From the NCBI GenBank assembly GCA_031546715.1, contig JAVBKA010000047.1, positions 1 to 45,787 of the forward strand: a DNA stretch of 45,787 bases. Direction: 5' to 3'. The position numbers and the translations under genes are program-made. Shown here piece after piece: positions 20,054-30,335 of the stretch. Below the pieces are notes generated by a model. That model did no database searches. It had not been told where the DNA came from and saw nothing but the letters and a program-made list of their open reading frames with translations. Each line of letters starts with the position of its first letter. The stretch's first letter is position 1. This stretch comes from Oscillospiraceae bacterium. GTDB lineage: Bacteria > Bacillota > Clostridia > Oscillospirales > UBA929.

Positions 20054-21184
20054 ATGGAATTTATTGACTTAAATGCGCAATATGTCGCATTGAAGAACGA
20101 TATTGATGAAGGCATTCGCAACGTTTTGACACATGGTCAATTTATTCTGGGACCAGAAGTGGAGCGATTAGAGGCTGAAATTTCTGCTTTTATTGGCGTA
20201 AAACACACTATAACCTGTGCCAACGGAACCGACGCATTACAGCTACTTTATATGGAGTACGGTGTCGGTTCTGGTGATGCGGTGTTTGCTCCTGATGTTA
20301 CATTTATAGCAACAGTTGAACCTGCTGCCATGCTAGGCGCAACACCTGTGTTCTGTGATATCTCCATCGAAACCTTTAATATATGCCCGAAAAGCCTTGA
20401 AAGACAAATTAGTGCGGTGTTACAAGAGGGGAAACTAAAGCCAAGGGCCGTGGTTACAGTTGATTTCATTGGTAATCCTGCTCAATATGATGAAATTGCA
20501 GAAATATGCAAAAAATACGGTCTTTTGTTGATTGAAGATGCTGCACAAAGTTTTGGTGCAATGTATGGCAATAAACGCTGTGGTGCACTCGGAGATGCGG
20601 CAACTACATCATTTTTTCCCGCAAAGCCACTAGGCTGCTATGGTGACGGCGGTGCTATTTTTACAAATGATGATGATGTCGCATACAGGCTTCGCTCCAT
20701 GCGTGCGCATGGCAAGGGCAAAAGCAAATACGACAATGTTCGTGTAGGCGTAAACTCACGGTTGGACACACTGCAAGCTGCTATTTTGCTTCCTAAGCTT
20801 GCGGCTCTTAGAAATTATGAAATTGATGCAAGGCAAGAAATTGCAGCCCGTTATAACAACGCTTTTAAAGGAAAATTTCAACTTCAACGTGTTTTACAAG
20901 GAAATGTTAGTACATGGGCGCAATACGCTCTTTTGGCAAAGAGTACAGAAAATCGTGATTTCATTTTATCAAAACTCGCCAACCATGGCATACCGTCGCT
21001 TGTGTATTATCCAACGCCGCAGCACGCTCTCCCTGTTTTTAGGGATACATGCGCCTATGGTGAAACTTTTAAACATTCTTCCGATTACTGTGCAAGGACA
21101 TTTTCACTGCCAATGCACCCATATTTGAGTGAAGTAGAGCAGGACAAAGTTATTTCCGCAGTTTTGGCTTGCGCCAATGGTTGA
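20054..21184 (+). CDS. DegT/DnrJ aminotransferase, WbpE/WlbC-like
   Basis: MEFIDL, ANGTDAL, EDAAQSFG, SFFPAKPLGCYGDGG, NSRLDTLQAA. Confidence 0.9.
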   Translation: MEFIDLNAQYVALKNDIDEGIRNVLTHGQFILGPEVERLEAEISAFIGVKHTITCANGTDALQLLYMEYGVGSGDAVFAPDVTFIATVEPAAMLGATPVFCDISIETFNICPKSLERQISAVLQEGKLKPRAVVTVDFIGNPAQYDEIAEICKKYGLLLIEDAAQSFGAMYGNKRCGALGDAATTSFFPAKPLGCYGDGGAIFTNDDDVAYRLRSMRAHGKGKSKYDNVRVGVNSRLDTLQAAILLPKLAALRNYEIDARQEIAARYNNAFKGKFQLQRVLQGNVSTWAQYALLAKSTENRDFILSKLANHGIPSLVYYPTPQHALPVFRDTCAYGETFKHSSDYCARTFSLPMHPYLSEVEQDKVISAVLACANG

Positions 21185-22139
21185 GTATGGGGGATACCTT
21201 CCTCTTGAATTACCTCGAGGAGAAGAGTTTTACAGTGGTCAATCTGGTGTTTTGCGCGTAAATTCGGGAAGAACGGCGTTGTACTGTGCTTTAAGACAAG
21301 CACGACCTGCGAAAATTTACTTTCCATACTATATGTGTAAGAGTGTGCAACCTGTTGTTGAATGCTTGGGCATAGAAACCTCATATTATTGCTTGGACAA
21401 TGATTTATCTCCTCTAAATATTTCAGCTAGAGGCAATGAAATGGTGTATTGGTGCAACTATTTTGGTACATCAAGCATTAAATCAATTGACAAAGTTGTG
21501 AAAACTTACGAATCTCTTATAATTGATAATGCACACGCTTTCTTTTCTTCACCAGTGCCGAGTGCTTATAATATATATTCGTGCAGAAAATTTTTTGGAG
21601 TGGCAGATGGTGCGTATTTAATTGGCGACTGTGTTAAAGATGAGCCAATTCCTGAAGGGTTTTCTTTCAATAGAATGCAGCATCTTACCAAAAGTCTTGA
21701 ATGCGGGACAAACGTGGCGTATCCTGAGTATCAAGAAAGCGAAGCCTCTCTGGATGGATGCTTTACAAAAATGTCAAAAATTACGCAACTACTCTTGCAG
21801 GCTGTACCTTACTCAAGTATAGTAAGTATAAGGAACGCAAATTTTGATGTTTTGCATAAAAAACTTAGAGAATACAACGAGATATGCTTTGAAACTCAAC
21901 CTAATGCGCCAATTTGTTACCCTTTACTTGTTACAGATAAAGGACTACGAGAGCATTTACTACAAAATCATGTATATGTGTCAACGTGGTGGAGACATGT
22001 CTCCACCGCCACGGGCAACAACTCAATAGAAGCAATACTTTCTGACTTTTTGATTCCCTTGCCGATTGATCAAAGGTACGATGGGAACGACATGCAAATA
22101 ATTGCCAATTTTGTTTTGGACTATTTAAATAAGCTGTAG
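21177..22139 (+). CDS. Divergent DegT/DnrJ-like PLP-dependent enzyme
   Basis: SGRTAL, NYFG, IDNAHAF, SCRKFFGVADG, LPIDQRY; same family as 13133-14173. Confidence 0.75.
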   Translation: MVEYGGYLPLELPRGEEFYSGQSGVLRVNSGRTALYCALRQARPAKIYFPYYMCKSVQPVVECLGIETSYYCLDNDLSPLNISARGNEMVYWCNYFGTSSIKSIDKVVKTYESLIIDNAHAFFSSPVPSAYNIYSCRKFFGVADGAYLIGDCVKDEPIPEGFSFNRMQHLTKSLECGTNVAYPEYQESEASLDGCFTKMSKITQLLLQAVPYSSIVSIRNANFDVLHKKLREYNEICFETQPNAPICYPLLVTDKGLREHLLQNHVYVSTWWRHVSTATGNNSIEAILSDFLIPLPIDQRYDGNDMQIIANFVLDYLNKL

Positions 22140-22171
22140 ATTTATCTAAAATTGGTTTACAGGAGGACAAA

Positions 22172-22888
22172 ATGTTAAAGAAACTTGTTATAGCCGTTAC
22201 GCCTCTACGAGATAGGATTCGTTTAAACAAACTTATAGCTTTTGAAAAAAGAAACGGAATCGATATCAGTACACCTATTTATCAAGATCAACTGGAGCCA
22301 AGCTCGCAGAGAAGCCACCCATATGAAATCTCTCCTTGTGACAGACGCTTTGTTGGCCTTTTAAAGTGTTTGCCAATAACTAAACATGATGGAGTTTTAG
22401 ATTACGGATGTGGAAAAGGCGGTCCTTTAATTGAGTTTTCAAAATTTCCTTTTGGCAAAGTAGGTGGTTTAGACCTTAGTCCAAAACTCTGTGCAATTGC
22501 GACAGCTAATATGAACAAAATGGGTATACCTGCACAAATAATTTGTAAAGATGCCGCAGAATTTACTGATTTAGATGATTTTAATTATTTTTATTTTTTT
22601 AATCCTTTTCCTGCTGTTGTTATGGATCAGGTAGTTGAAAATATACTTGAAAGTGCTAACCGAACAAAACGGCAAGTTGTTTTAATTTATTTTACCCCTC
22701 GGCAAACAGAAGCGGCAAAAAAACATCTTCATCTCGTAATGTCAATGATGTCAGGGAGGACAGGACACAATATTTACGAAGTATATTCTTCTAATCCGAA
22801 AATTTCGCTTAACAAAGACTTATATTTATCTTTGTTAGAGAAGTTGCGGTTGATTTCAATGAATATGGGCGGTAACTATGACAAATAA
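22172..22888 (+). CDS. Class I SAM-dependent methyltransferase
   Basis: LDYGCGKG motif I, DAAEF, YFFNPF. Confidence 0.85.
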   Translation: MLKKLVIAVTPLRDRIRLNKLIAFEKRNGIDISTPIYQDQLEPSSQRSHPYEISPCDRRFVGLLKCLPITKHDGVLDYGCGKGGPLIEFSKFPFGKVGGLDLSPKLCAIATANMNKMGIPAQIICKDAAEFTDLDDFNYFYFFNPFPAVVMDQVVENILESANRTKRQVVLIYFTPRQTEAAKKHLHLVMSMMSGRTGHNIYEVYSSNPKISLNKDLYLSLLEKLRLISMNMGGNYDK

Positions 22889-23846
22889 AGAAAAATTTAA
22901 TTTTTTTTGTAAAAAAACATATATTCCAATTTTTTCAAAGCCTTGGTGGCTTGATGCTGTTTGCGGTGCGGATAATTGGAATGTGTGGATCTATGAGGAT
23001 GGTGGTAACATGTATGCCGCCATGCCCTATTATATAGAAATGCGTGGTTCTCACAAATATATTACAAGGCCGCCACTGACTCAAAACAACGGTATAATTT
23101 TTTCCTATCCTTACGGTCAGAAATATCATAAAAAGCTAAGCATGGAGGACAAAATAATATCAGCGTCTTGTGAATTTATAGAAAGTCTTAATGTCGATGT
23201 GTACGAGCAGCAATTTCACTTTAGCTTTACAAATTGGCTCCCATTCTTTTGGCAGCGATATACATCAAGTACCAGGTACACATTTATAATTGACGACACC
23301 TCAAATTTAGAAAAGATTTTGGAAAATGTATCTGCAAACTACAGAAATGTAATTAAAAAAGCTCAAACTTCCTGCCAAATTCATATGGATATGCCCCCCC
23401 AAGACTACTACAAATATTATAATCTCGTTTTTAAGAAACAAAACTTAACCGCCCCCATTACACTTGAGTTTTTCCTAAAACTTTTTTCTGCATGCACACA
23501 GAACAATTCAGGCAAAACTTTCTTTTGCACAGATAGTAGCGGAGAGATTAGCAGTTCCTGCTTCCTCGTATGGGACGAGCAATCCGTATATCTGATGATG
23601 GGAGGCGCAAATCCTGAAATACAGAACACCGTTAGTTATGACTACTTGATATATGAAACCATTAAATTTGCTTCTGATAAAAATTTGCGTTATGATTTTG
23701 AGGGAAGTGTCATTCGTAGAATAAACAGGTCTTTTAGAGAATTTGGCGGAGAACAAAAGCCCTACTTTCGTATTCGCAAGGTTTTTAATCGTGATATAAT
23801 CTTAAAAGAAGCAAACGAATACGCCGACCAAATAGGAGCAAAATAA
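22878..23846 (+). CDS. FemAB-like / GNAT acyltransferase
   Basis: IFSKPWWLD, PPLTQ, YLMMG, YDFEGS, FREFGG. Confidence 0.78.
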   Translation: MTNKEKFNFFCKKTYIPIFSKPWWLDAVCGADNWNVWIYEDGGNMYAAMPYYIEMRGSHKYITRPPLTQNNGIIFSYPYGQKYHKKLSMEDKIISASCEFIESLNVDVYEQQFHFSFTNWLPFFWQRYTSSTRYTFIIDDTSNLEKILENVSANYRNVIKKAQTSCQIHMDMPPQDYYKYYNLVFKKQNLTAPITLEFFLKLFSACTQNNSGKTFFCTDSSGEISSSCFLVWDEQSVYLMMGGANPEIQNTVSYDYLIYETIKFASDKNLRYDFEGSVIRRINRSFREFGGEQKPYFRIRKVFNRDIILKEANEYADQIGAK

Positions 23847-23863
23847 CAAATAAGGAGAGCGCT

Positions 23864-25177
23864 ATGAGAATTTGCGTTATCGGGACCGGCTATGTGGGAC
23901 TAGTCACAGGGGCGTGTCTTGCAAATGTAGGACACACCGTATCTTGCGTTGATACTGATGAAAAAAAAGTGAACACCCTTCGTGCCGGTGAAGTGCCATT
24001 TTATGAACCAGGTCTTGCTGAGATTATTTCTCACAGTCTCAAAGAAAACAATATTTCTTTTTATACAAGTGTTGAATCACCTATCAAAACTGCTGAAATC
24101 TGCTTTATTGCTGTAGGTACACCGTCTGACGAAAACGGTCGTGCTGATATGAGCTATGTTAGACATGCGGCTCTTGATATCGGCAAGTATATGTGCAGTG
24201 ACTTGATTGTTATTAATAAATCAACCGTGCCTGTCGGCTCTCAGAAAATAGTAACTGAATGGATTTCTGAAGCTTTGCGCCAACGCTCTGTTAGCTATAA
24301 ATTAACAGTAGTTTCAAATCCTGAATTTTTAAAGGAAGGCTGTGCGGTTGACGATTTTAATCGTCCTGACCGTATAGTTATAGGCACTAATGATACTGAA
24401 GCTACGGAAAAAATCCGTGAAATGTATGCGCCTTTTAATCAAAAAAGAGACCGTATTATAGTTATGGACCCTGCCAGTGCAGAGCTTACAAAGTATGCTA
24501 GCAATGCAATGCTTGCAACTAGAATTTCTTTTATGAACGAAATTGCATTGTTATGCGAGCATGTGGGCGCAAATGTGAATTATGTACGGCAAGGCATGGG
24601 CGCTGATGAGCGTATTGGAAGTAGCTTTTTGTATGCAGGCTGTGGTTATGGCGGAAGCTGCTTTCCAAAGGACGTCTCGGCGCTGATTTCAATTAATGAG
24701 GATTTTGGACTATCTGCTCAAATTCTGTCAGCAGTTAAGAACGTTAACGATACTCAAAAACATGTTGTTGTATCAAAGGTAAAAAAACATTTTGGCAGCT
24801 TAGGCGGACTAAAATTTGCCGTTTGGGGGCTGTCCTTTAAGCCAAATACTGACGATATACGAGAAGCTCCTGCACTGACATTTATTGACGAAGTGACAAG
24901 TCAAGGCGCATCAGTTTGCGTTTTCTGTCCCAAGGGTACTGAAAATGCTGTTGATTATTTTCAAAAAAACAAAAGTGTCACCTTTGCGAAGCATAAATAT
25001 GATGCGCTAATTGGTGCTGACGCACTTGTGCTAATGACTGAATGGCCGGAGTTTCGCAATCCTGATTTTGATGAAATTGGCACACTTCTCAAACAAAAAG
25101 TTGTATTTGACGGAAGAAACATATATAATCGAAAAAGCCTAGAAAAATTAGGGTTTACAGTTTATCAGATAGGGTGA
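23864..25177 (+). CDS. ugd: UDP-glucose 6-dehydrogenase
   Basis: GTGYVGL, KSTVPVG, NPEFLKEG, GYGGSCFPKD, FKPNTDDIRE. Confidence 0.93.
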   Translation: MRICVIGTGYVGLVTGACLANVGHTVSCVDTDEKKVNTLRAGEVPFYEPGLAEIISHSLKENNISFYTSVESPIKTAEICFIAVGTPSDENGRADMSYVRHAALDIGKYMCSDLIVINKSTVPVGSQKIVTEWISEALRQRSVSYKLTVVSNPEFLKEGCAVDDFNRPDRIVIGTNDTEATEKIREMYAPFNQKRDRIIVMDPASAELTKYASNAMLATRISFMNEIALLCEHVGANVNYVRQGMGADERIGSSFLYAGCGYGGSCFPKDVSALISINEDFGLSAQILSAVKNVNDTQKHVVVSKVKKHFGSLGGLKFAVWGLSFKPNTDDIREAPALTFIDEVTSQGASVCVFCPKGTENAVDYFQKNKSVTFAKHKYDALIGADALVLMTEWPEFRNPDFDEIGTLLKQKVVFDGRNIYNRKSLEKLGFTVYQIG

Positions 25178-25181
25178 TTGC

Positions 25182-26249
25182 TTGAAGTATGCATTAATAG
25201 GTACAGGCAGAATTGCAATAAATCATATAACCGCAGCTGCCCAAAACGGCTTAGAGCTTGTTGCACTATGCGACATAGTCCCCGAAAATATGACTGCGCT
25301 GCTAAGCAAGGCAAAATATCAGGGTAACCCGTCACTTTTTTCTGACTACAAGGCTCTTATTGACGAAATACATCCAGAATTTGTGGCGATTGCAACAGAT
25401 TCTGGCATTCATGCTGAAATAGGTCTTTATGCGCTGTCCCATGGTTGTCATGTTTTGATTGAGAAACCTATTGCCATGAGCATGGCAGATGCACAATCAC
25501 TTGTTGATGTGGCAGACAAGCACGGGAAAGTACTTGCCGCCTGTCATCAAAATAGATTTAATCCCTCTGTTCAAAGAATACGCAAAGCCATTGACGATGG
25601 GCGTTTTGGCAAGCTTTCACATATTGCCGCCCATGTCCGATGGAATCGTGGAGCGCAGTACTATGAGCAAGCGAGTTGGCGTGGAAAGTGGGCGTCTGAT
25701 GGCGGCTGCCTTATGAATCAGTGTATTCACAATGCTGACCTTATGCGCTGGTTCATGGGTGATATAGAAGAAGTGTTTGCCTATACAGCAAACACACAGC
25801 ATGATTACATTGAAGGCGAAGACATAGGTTTGGCACTGGTTAAGGGCGCAAACGGTGCGTATGGGCTATTTGAAGGCACCGTGAATGTGTTTCCCAAAAA
25901 CCTAGAAGAGACATTGTATGTCTTTGGCGACAAAGGCACAGTTAAAGCAGGCGGAACATCGGTGAATCTGATTGATGAATGGCTTTTTGCGGACGAGTTG
26001 GACACCGCAGACGCAGTCAAGACCGAATGTAACGAGCTGCCGCCCAATGTATACGGCTTTGGTCACACCAGACTGTATGCAGACGTGCTAGACGCCATTA
26101 AGACAGGCAGAAAGCCTCTGGTGGACGGTGTCGAGGGGATGAAGGCTCTGGAACTTATTTTGGCGATGTACAAGAGCAAAAAAACAGGGCAGCCGGTGCG
26201 GCTACCACTGGGAGATTTTGCTAGTGTGGATATGGTTGGGGTGTTGTAG
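25182..26249 (+). CDS. Gfo/Idh/MocA oxidoreductase, WbpB/WlbA-like NDP-uronate 3-dehydrogenase
   Basis: LIEKP, HQNRFN, WNR...YY...WRG.W..DGG.LMNQ.IH. Confidence 0.85.
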   Translation: MKYALIGTGRIAINHITAAAQNGLELVALCDIVPENMTALLSKAKYQGNPSLFSDYKALIDEIHPEFVAIATDSGIHAEIGLYALSHGCHVLIEKPIAMSMADAQSLVDVADKHGKVLAACHQNRFNPSVQRIRKAIDDGRFGKLSHIAAHVRWNRGAQYYEQASWRGKWASDGGCLMNQCIHNADLMRWFMGDIEEVFAYTANTQHDYIEGEDIGLALVKGANGAYGLFEGTVNVFPKNLEETLYVFGDKGTVKAGGTSVNLIDEWLFADELDTADAVKTECNELPPNVYGFGHTRLYADVLDAIKTGRKPLVDGVEGMKALELILAMYKSKKTGQPVRLPLGDFASVDMVGVL

Positions 26250-26278
26250 GTGTCAAAAAAGCTAATTAGGGAGCCACT

Positions 26279-28015
26279 ATGCAGATATTTAAAAAGCTAA
26301 ACACAATATTTACAAGGCGTCAAAAATCGAGAATTGCAATAATAATTGTTGCAATTCTTATTGGTGCTACTTTGGAAACTATTAGTATTTCTTTGATTTC
26401 ACCGCTTGTATCCCTAATTACAAGCTCAGGAAATATTACAGATAACTCTATCTTTTCGATAATAAATGAAGTTTTTAGCTTTCAACGTACAGAGTCTTTG
26501 CTGATTTTTATATGTAGTAGCATAGCGTTTATTTATATTTTTAAAAGTTTTTACACCTATAATCTTTATAAAATTCAATACGGCTATATGTACAATTTAG
26601 AAGCGGAACTTAGAAAATCTTTGTTTATTGGTTATTTGGAAATGCCCTACACTTTCCATGCCAAAAAAAACCCTGCAACTATTTTTCAAACAATTACTCA
26701 AGATACTGCCAAGTTTAATCAATTTATACAAGCCATTATGTTTTTAGTTTCAGAGGGGATAACCTCGCTGTTTATTTTAGGTCTTTTATTCTTTATTTCA
26801 CCGTTTATTACATTAGGTATGGCCGGTATTTTTGCGGTATGTATACTGCTCTTTTTCTTTGTTCTTAAAAAAAAGAGCGTAAAAGCCGGTGCAGAATGTC
26901 GTGAGTCATCAGAAATGATGTTTAAAGATATCAACCAGTCTCTTGGCGGCATTAAAGAGTTGAAGGCATTTAATCGCGAGGGGTATTTCGTCGAGGAATT
27001 TAAAAAACATAATTCATCTTTTCGGAGCGCCTCTGTTCAGTCAACACTTTGGGGGCAAGTTCCAAGACTAATGATTGAAGGATTAAGTTTTGGCGGCATT
27101 ATGATTATTATGGCTCTCGCAATTGCCTTTGGCGCAGATATTAACCAAATACTTCCGCAGTTAGCCGCATTTGCGCTAGCTGCATTTAGATTGTTGCCGT
27201 CTATAAACCGTGGAATTAGTACTCTTAATAATATTTTTTATGCGAAATCATCTGTCGACGCAATCGCTAATGATTTAAACGAGATTTCATCAGCGGATAG
27301 AAAGCTGTTTCTCGAACCTCCATTAATGGAAACAGTTAACCTTGACGGCGATATCTTATTCGACAACTTGACATTTACTTACCCTGGAACAGAAACTCCT
27401 GTGTTACAAAATGTTTCTTTTTTAATCCCAAAGTCGAAAGCTATCGCTTTTATTGGCTCATCAGGCGCAGGAAAAACCACTATTGCGGACCTTTTACTGG
27501 GAGTTTTGGTTCCAAACTCAGGAACAGTGACTTCTTGTGGTGTTTCCGTACATCAAAACCTGCGAGGTTGGTCAAAACATGTCGGATATATTCCCCAACA
27601 AATCCACTTACTTGACACCACAATTACTAGTAATGTAGCCTTTGGTATTCCTAAAGACCAAATAGATATATCAAGGGTTTGGGATGCGCTAAAAAAGGCA
27701 CAAGTAGACGAATTTATTTGCACTCTTGAACATGGGCTTGATACAACCATCGGTGACAGAGGAATACGACTTTCAGGTGGTCAACGACAAAGGCTTGGTA
27801 TCGCTCGTGCGCTATACCATAACCCCGATGTACTAATTCTCGATGAAGCTACCTCCGCATTAGATAACGAAACTGAGCAGGCTGTAATGGATGCAATACA
27901 GAGTTTGCACGGAGAGAAAACTCTGGTGATTATCGCTCATAGATTAAGCACTATAGAGTATTGTGATATAGTGTACACTGTGGGTAACGGCAATGTTGTG
28001 AAGAGTAAGGAGTAG
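26279..28015 (+). CDS. ABC transporter (TMD+NBD), PglK-like glycan flippase
   Basis: N-terminal transmembrane helices, GSSGAGKTT, LSGGQRQR, LILDEATSALD. Confidence 0.88.
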   Translation: MQIFKKLNTIFTRRQKSRIAIIIVAILIGATLETISISLISPLVSLITSSGNITDNSIFSIINEVFSFQRTESLLIFICSSIAFIYIFKSFYTYNLYKIQYGYMYNLEAELRKSLFIGYLEMPYTFHAKKNPATIFQTITQDTAKFNQFIQAIMFLVSEGITSLFILGLLFFISPFITLGMAGIFAVCILLFFFVLKKKSVKAGAECRESSEMMFKDINQSLGGIKELKAFNREGYFVEEFKKHNSSFRSASVQSTLWGQVPRLMIEGLSFGGIMIIMALAIAFGADINQILPQLAAFALAAFRLLPSINRGISTLNNIFYAKSSVDAIANDLNEISSADRKLFLEPPLMETVNLDGDILFDNLTFTYPGTETPVLQNVSFLIPKSKAIAFIGSSGAGKTTIADLLLGVLVPNSGTVTSCGVSVHQNLRGWSKHVGYIPQQIHLLDTTITSNVAFGIPKDQIDISRVWDALKKAQVDEFICTLEHGLDTTIGDRGIRLSGGQRQRLGIARALYHNPDVLILDEATSALDNETEQAVMDAIQSLHGEKTLVIIAHRLSTIEYCDIVYTVGNGNVVKSKE

Positions 28016-28094
28016 TTGGTTCTTCAATCGCTTCATTTTAATTTGGTACAATTAGTAAAATAAAAACAACTTTTCAAACATTATGGAGGTCGGT

Positions 28095-29195
28095 ATGATA
28101 ATACGTGCTAAAACTGACAGTTTAATTCAAACGCGAGAGCTTACAGAAGAACGTAAGAATAACACTAAACAAAACAAATCGGAAATCCAACAAGGTTCAA
28201 TTGTGTTAAAATCCAAGCCACAGCGTTTGGTTTTTGAGATGACCAACGCCTGCAACTTAAATTGTGTTATGTGTGGTAGAAATGCCGCCGAATTTAAGGC
28301 AACTTCATTTGATGTGAATTGGTTGCCTTACTTTGATAATATCGCAGAGCATGTTGAAGAAGTTACCCTCATGGGGTGGGGCGAGCCAACTATTCACCCT
28401 CAGTTTGTAGACTTTTTAAAGTGGGCAAATAAGCACGGGCTACGTAAGTATTTTTGCACCAATGGCATGAAACTAGACAAGCTTATTGACGTTATTTTTG
28501 AGCAGGAGGTCGATGTCATCGCCATAAGCCTTGACGGTGCAACTCCTGAAAGTAATGCCGCTATAAGACGTGGCGCAGATTTTGATAAAATTATGAATAG
28601 TCTGCGTGCAATTGTAGCAGAAAAAAAGAGAAGGGGCACACCCTTCCCTTATATGAACTTTGTTACAACTTTAATGAAAAGCAACTTGCACGAGTTTCCA
28701 AAAATTGTCGAGCTTGCCGCCGATATCGGACTTGACGAAGCAAAAGGCGTTTACTTGACTGTTTTTAATGACGACATGATAGGAAACTCTCTGTTTGAAT
28801 CAATGGATGAGGTTAAATCTGTTTTTAACGAAGCTGAAGAAATTGCAACAAAACACGGTCTAAAGCTAAAAATCCCTCATCTTGTGGGCGAGGATTCCGC
28901 TGGCGAGGGTTATCATAAGCCTTGCCATACGGCGTGGAGAGATTTCTTCCTTGGTTCTGATGGGCTTGTTAGATCGTGCATGTCGACCGCAAAGACGTTG
29001 TTTCCATTTGAGAAATACAAAACCTTTGAGGACGCTTGGAACTCTGACGAGTTTACAGCCTTTAGAAAAAAAGTAAACGAGGATAGCCTGATGGAAAACT
29101 CTTGCAAGAACTGCTATCAGTCATCATTCGCCAATTGGAACAGAAAAAGCGCATTTAATCAGGTTGGGCTTGAGTTTTCTCCAGATTGGAAGTAG
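28095..29195 (+). CDS. Radical SAM / SPASM-domain protein
   Basis: CNLNCVMC, GWGEP, C-terminal C...G...SC...CKNC. GGAGG RBS supports ATG 28095. Confidence 0.9.
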   Translation: MIIRAKTDSLIQTRELTEERKNNTKQNKSEIQQGSIVLKSKPQRLVFEMTNACNLNCVMCGRNAAEFKATSFDVNWLPYFDNIAEHVEEVTLMGWGEPTIHPQFVDFLKWANKHGLRKYFCTNGMKLDKLIDVIFEQEVDVIAISLDGATPESNAAIRRGADFDKIMNSLRAIVAEKKRRGTPFPYMNFVTTLMKSNLHEFPKIVELAADIGLDEAKGVYLTVFNDDMIGNSLFESMDEVKSVFNEAEEIATKHGLKLKIPHLVGEDSAGEGYHKPCHTAWRDFFLGSDGLVRSCMSTAKTLFPFEKYKTFEDAWNSDEFTAFRKKVNEDSLMENSCKNCYQSSFANWNRKSAFNQVGLEFSPDWK

Positions 29196-29223
29196 ATGTT
29201 CCGATTTAGAAGTCAAAATTACA

Positions 29224-30282
29224 TTACTGTGCAACATCCTCGATATATTCGCGAATCCCACTAATTTTTAAAGCTTTTCTGATCAAAAACTTTAAAACAA
29301 ATGCCACTCCAAACAAAAAAGTAAGTATCAAAAGCATGACTGCCTCAAAAAAACGAATTACTGCACTAGCTGTTCCAATTGTCCTTTGTCTTGATTTAAG
29401 CATTTTGTGTGTTGAATCAAATAATTTGAATTTCCCTAAAGGTTTTTTCCTTCCCCATTTCTGAAACACTTCATCTGTAAGAAAATAGGCCGCTCTAACA
29501 GAACATAAGTAATTAAAAAACATTTTTGCTTCAAAGTAACGTGTTTGAATCCAGCTAAGTCGTAAATGCAGTAAGTTCCTTAATGATCCAGGATATGTGG
29601 CATTAATCCTGTCATGTGGTTCAAAGTAAGCGAACCCTTCGCTTGATAAGGTATCTGTGACACTTTCGGGTCCGCTTACAACATGAAGTTTCAGCAAGAC
29701 TTCGTTTATTGCTATAAAATCTCCCACCATAGTTCTGCTATCCTGTATCCACTGATGGGTATCGCGAATATCTTCGAGCCATTCAAAGTCCAGGTTTTTC
29801 TTATTTATAATAAATCCAATTTGATATCCATTGTAAGTGAATGCAAATTTATTTACTGTATCGAAACCTCTTTTATAGAGCCTTTCTTTATTTGCTTCAC
29901 CATAATACCTGCCCTCTAATACTCGATTAAAAGCCAACCCTCCAAGATTAGGGTTGGCTTTTAATATTTCAATAATTTTGGGCAATACATCAATTAGCAC
30001 TAGGTCCTCATCACTTATTGGCAAAACATATGTTGCACTAGCAACCTCAATCACTTTTTGCAAATTTTTAAACATTCCAATATTAGTATCATTTGTATAA
30101 TACTTTAGTCGCTCATCGACAATCGTTCTCATTAGCTCATCTGTATTGTCAGTTGATGCATTGTTTACAACAATTAGCTCTATATCGTCACCTTTGTATT
30201 TAAGAACTGCCGTAGCGCAATTATATGCCAACTCTGCACGGCAATAAGTCGGAATACATATGCTTAAAATAGGTTTTTTCAA
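29224..30282 (-). CDS. Glycosyltransferase family 2
   Basis: LSICIPTY, NNASTD, SDED; C-terminal hydrophobic segment. Confidence 0.85.
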   Translation of the reverse strand: MKKPILSICIPTYCRAELAYNCATAVLKYKGDDIELIVVNNASTDNTDELMRTIVDERLKYYTNDTNIGMFKNLQKVIEVASATYVLPISDEDLVLIDVLPKIIEILKANPNLGGLAFNRVLEGRYYGEANKERLYKRGFDTVNKFAFTYNGYQIGFIINKKNLDFEWLEDIRDTHQWIQDSRTMVGDFIAINEVLLKLHVVSGPESVTDTLSSEGFAYFEPHDRINATYPGSLRNLLHLRLSWIQTRYFEAKMFFNYLCSVRAAYFLTDEVFQKWGRKKPLGKFKLFDSTHKMLKSRQRTIGTASAVIRFFEAVMLLILTFLFGVAFVLKFLIRKALKISGIREYIEDVAQ

Positions 30283-30335
30283 TTAAACCAGTCCTCTCAA
30301 TATAATACATTGCGCTCAACTGCGCATAGCAAAAC

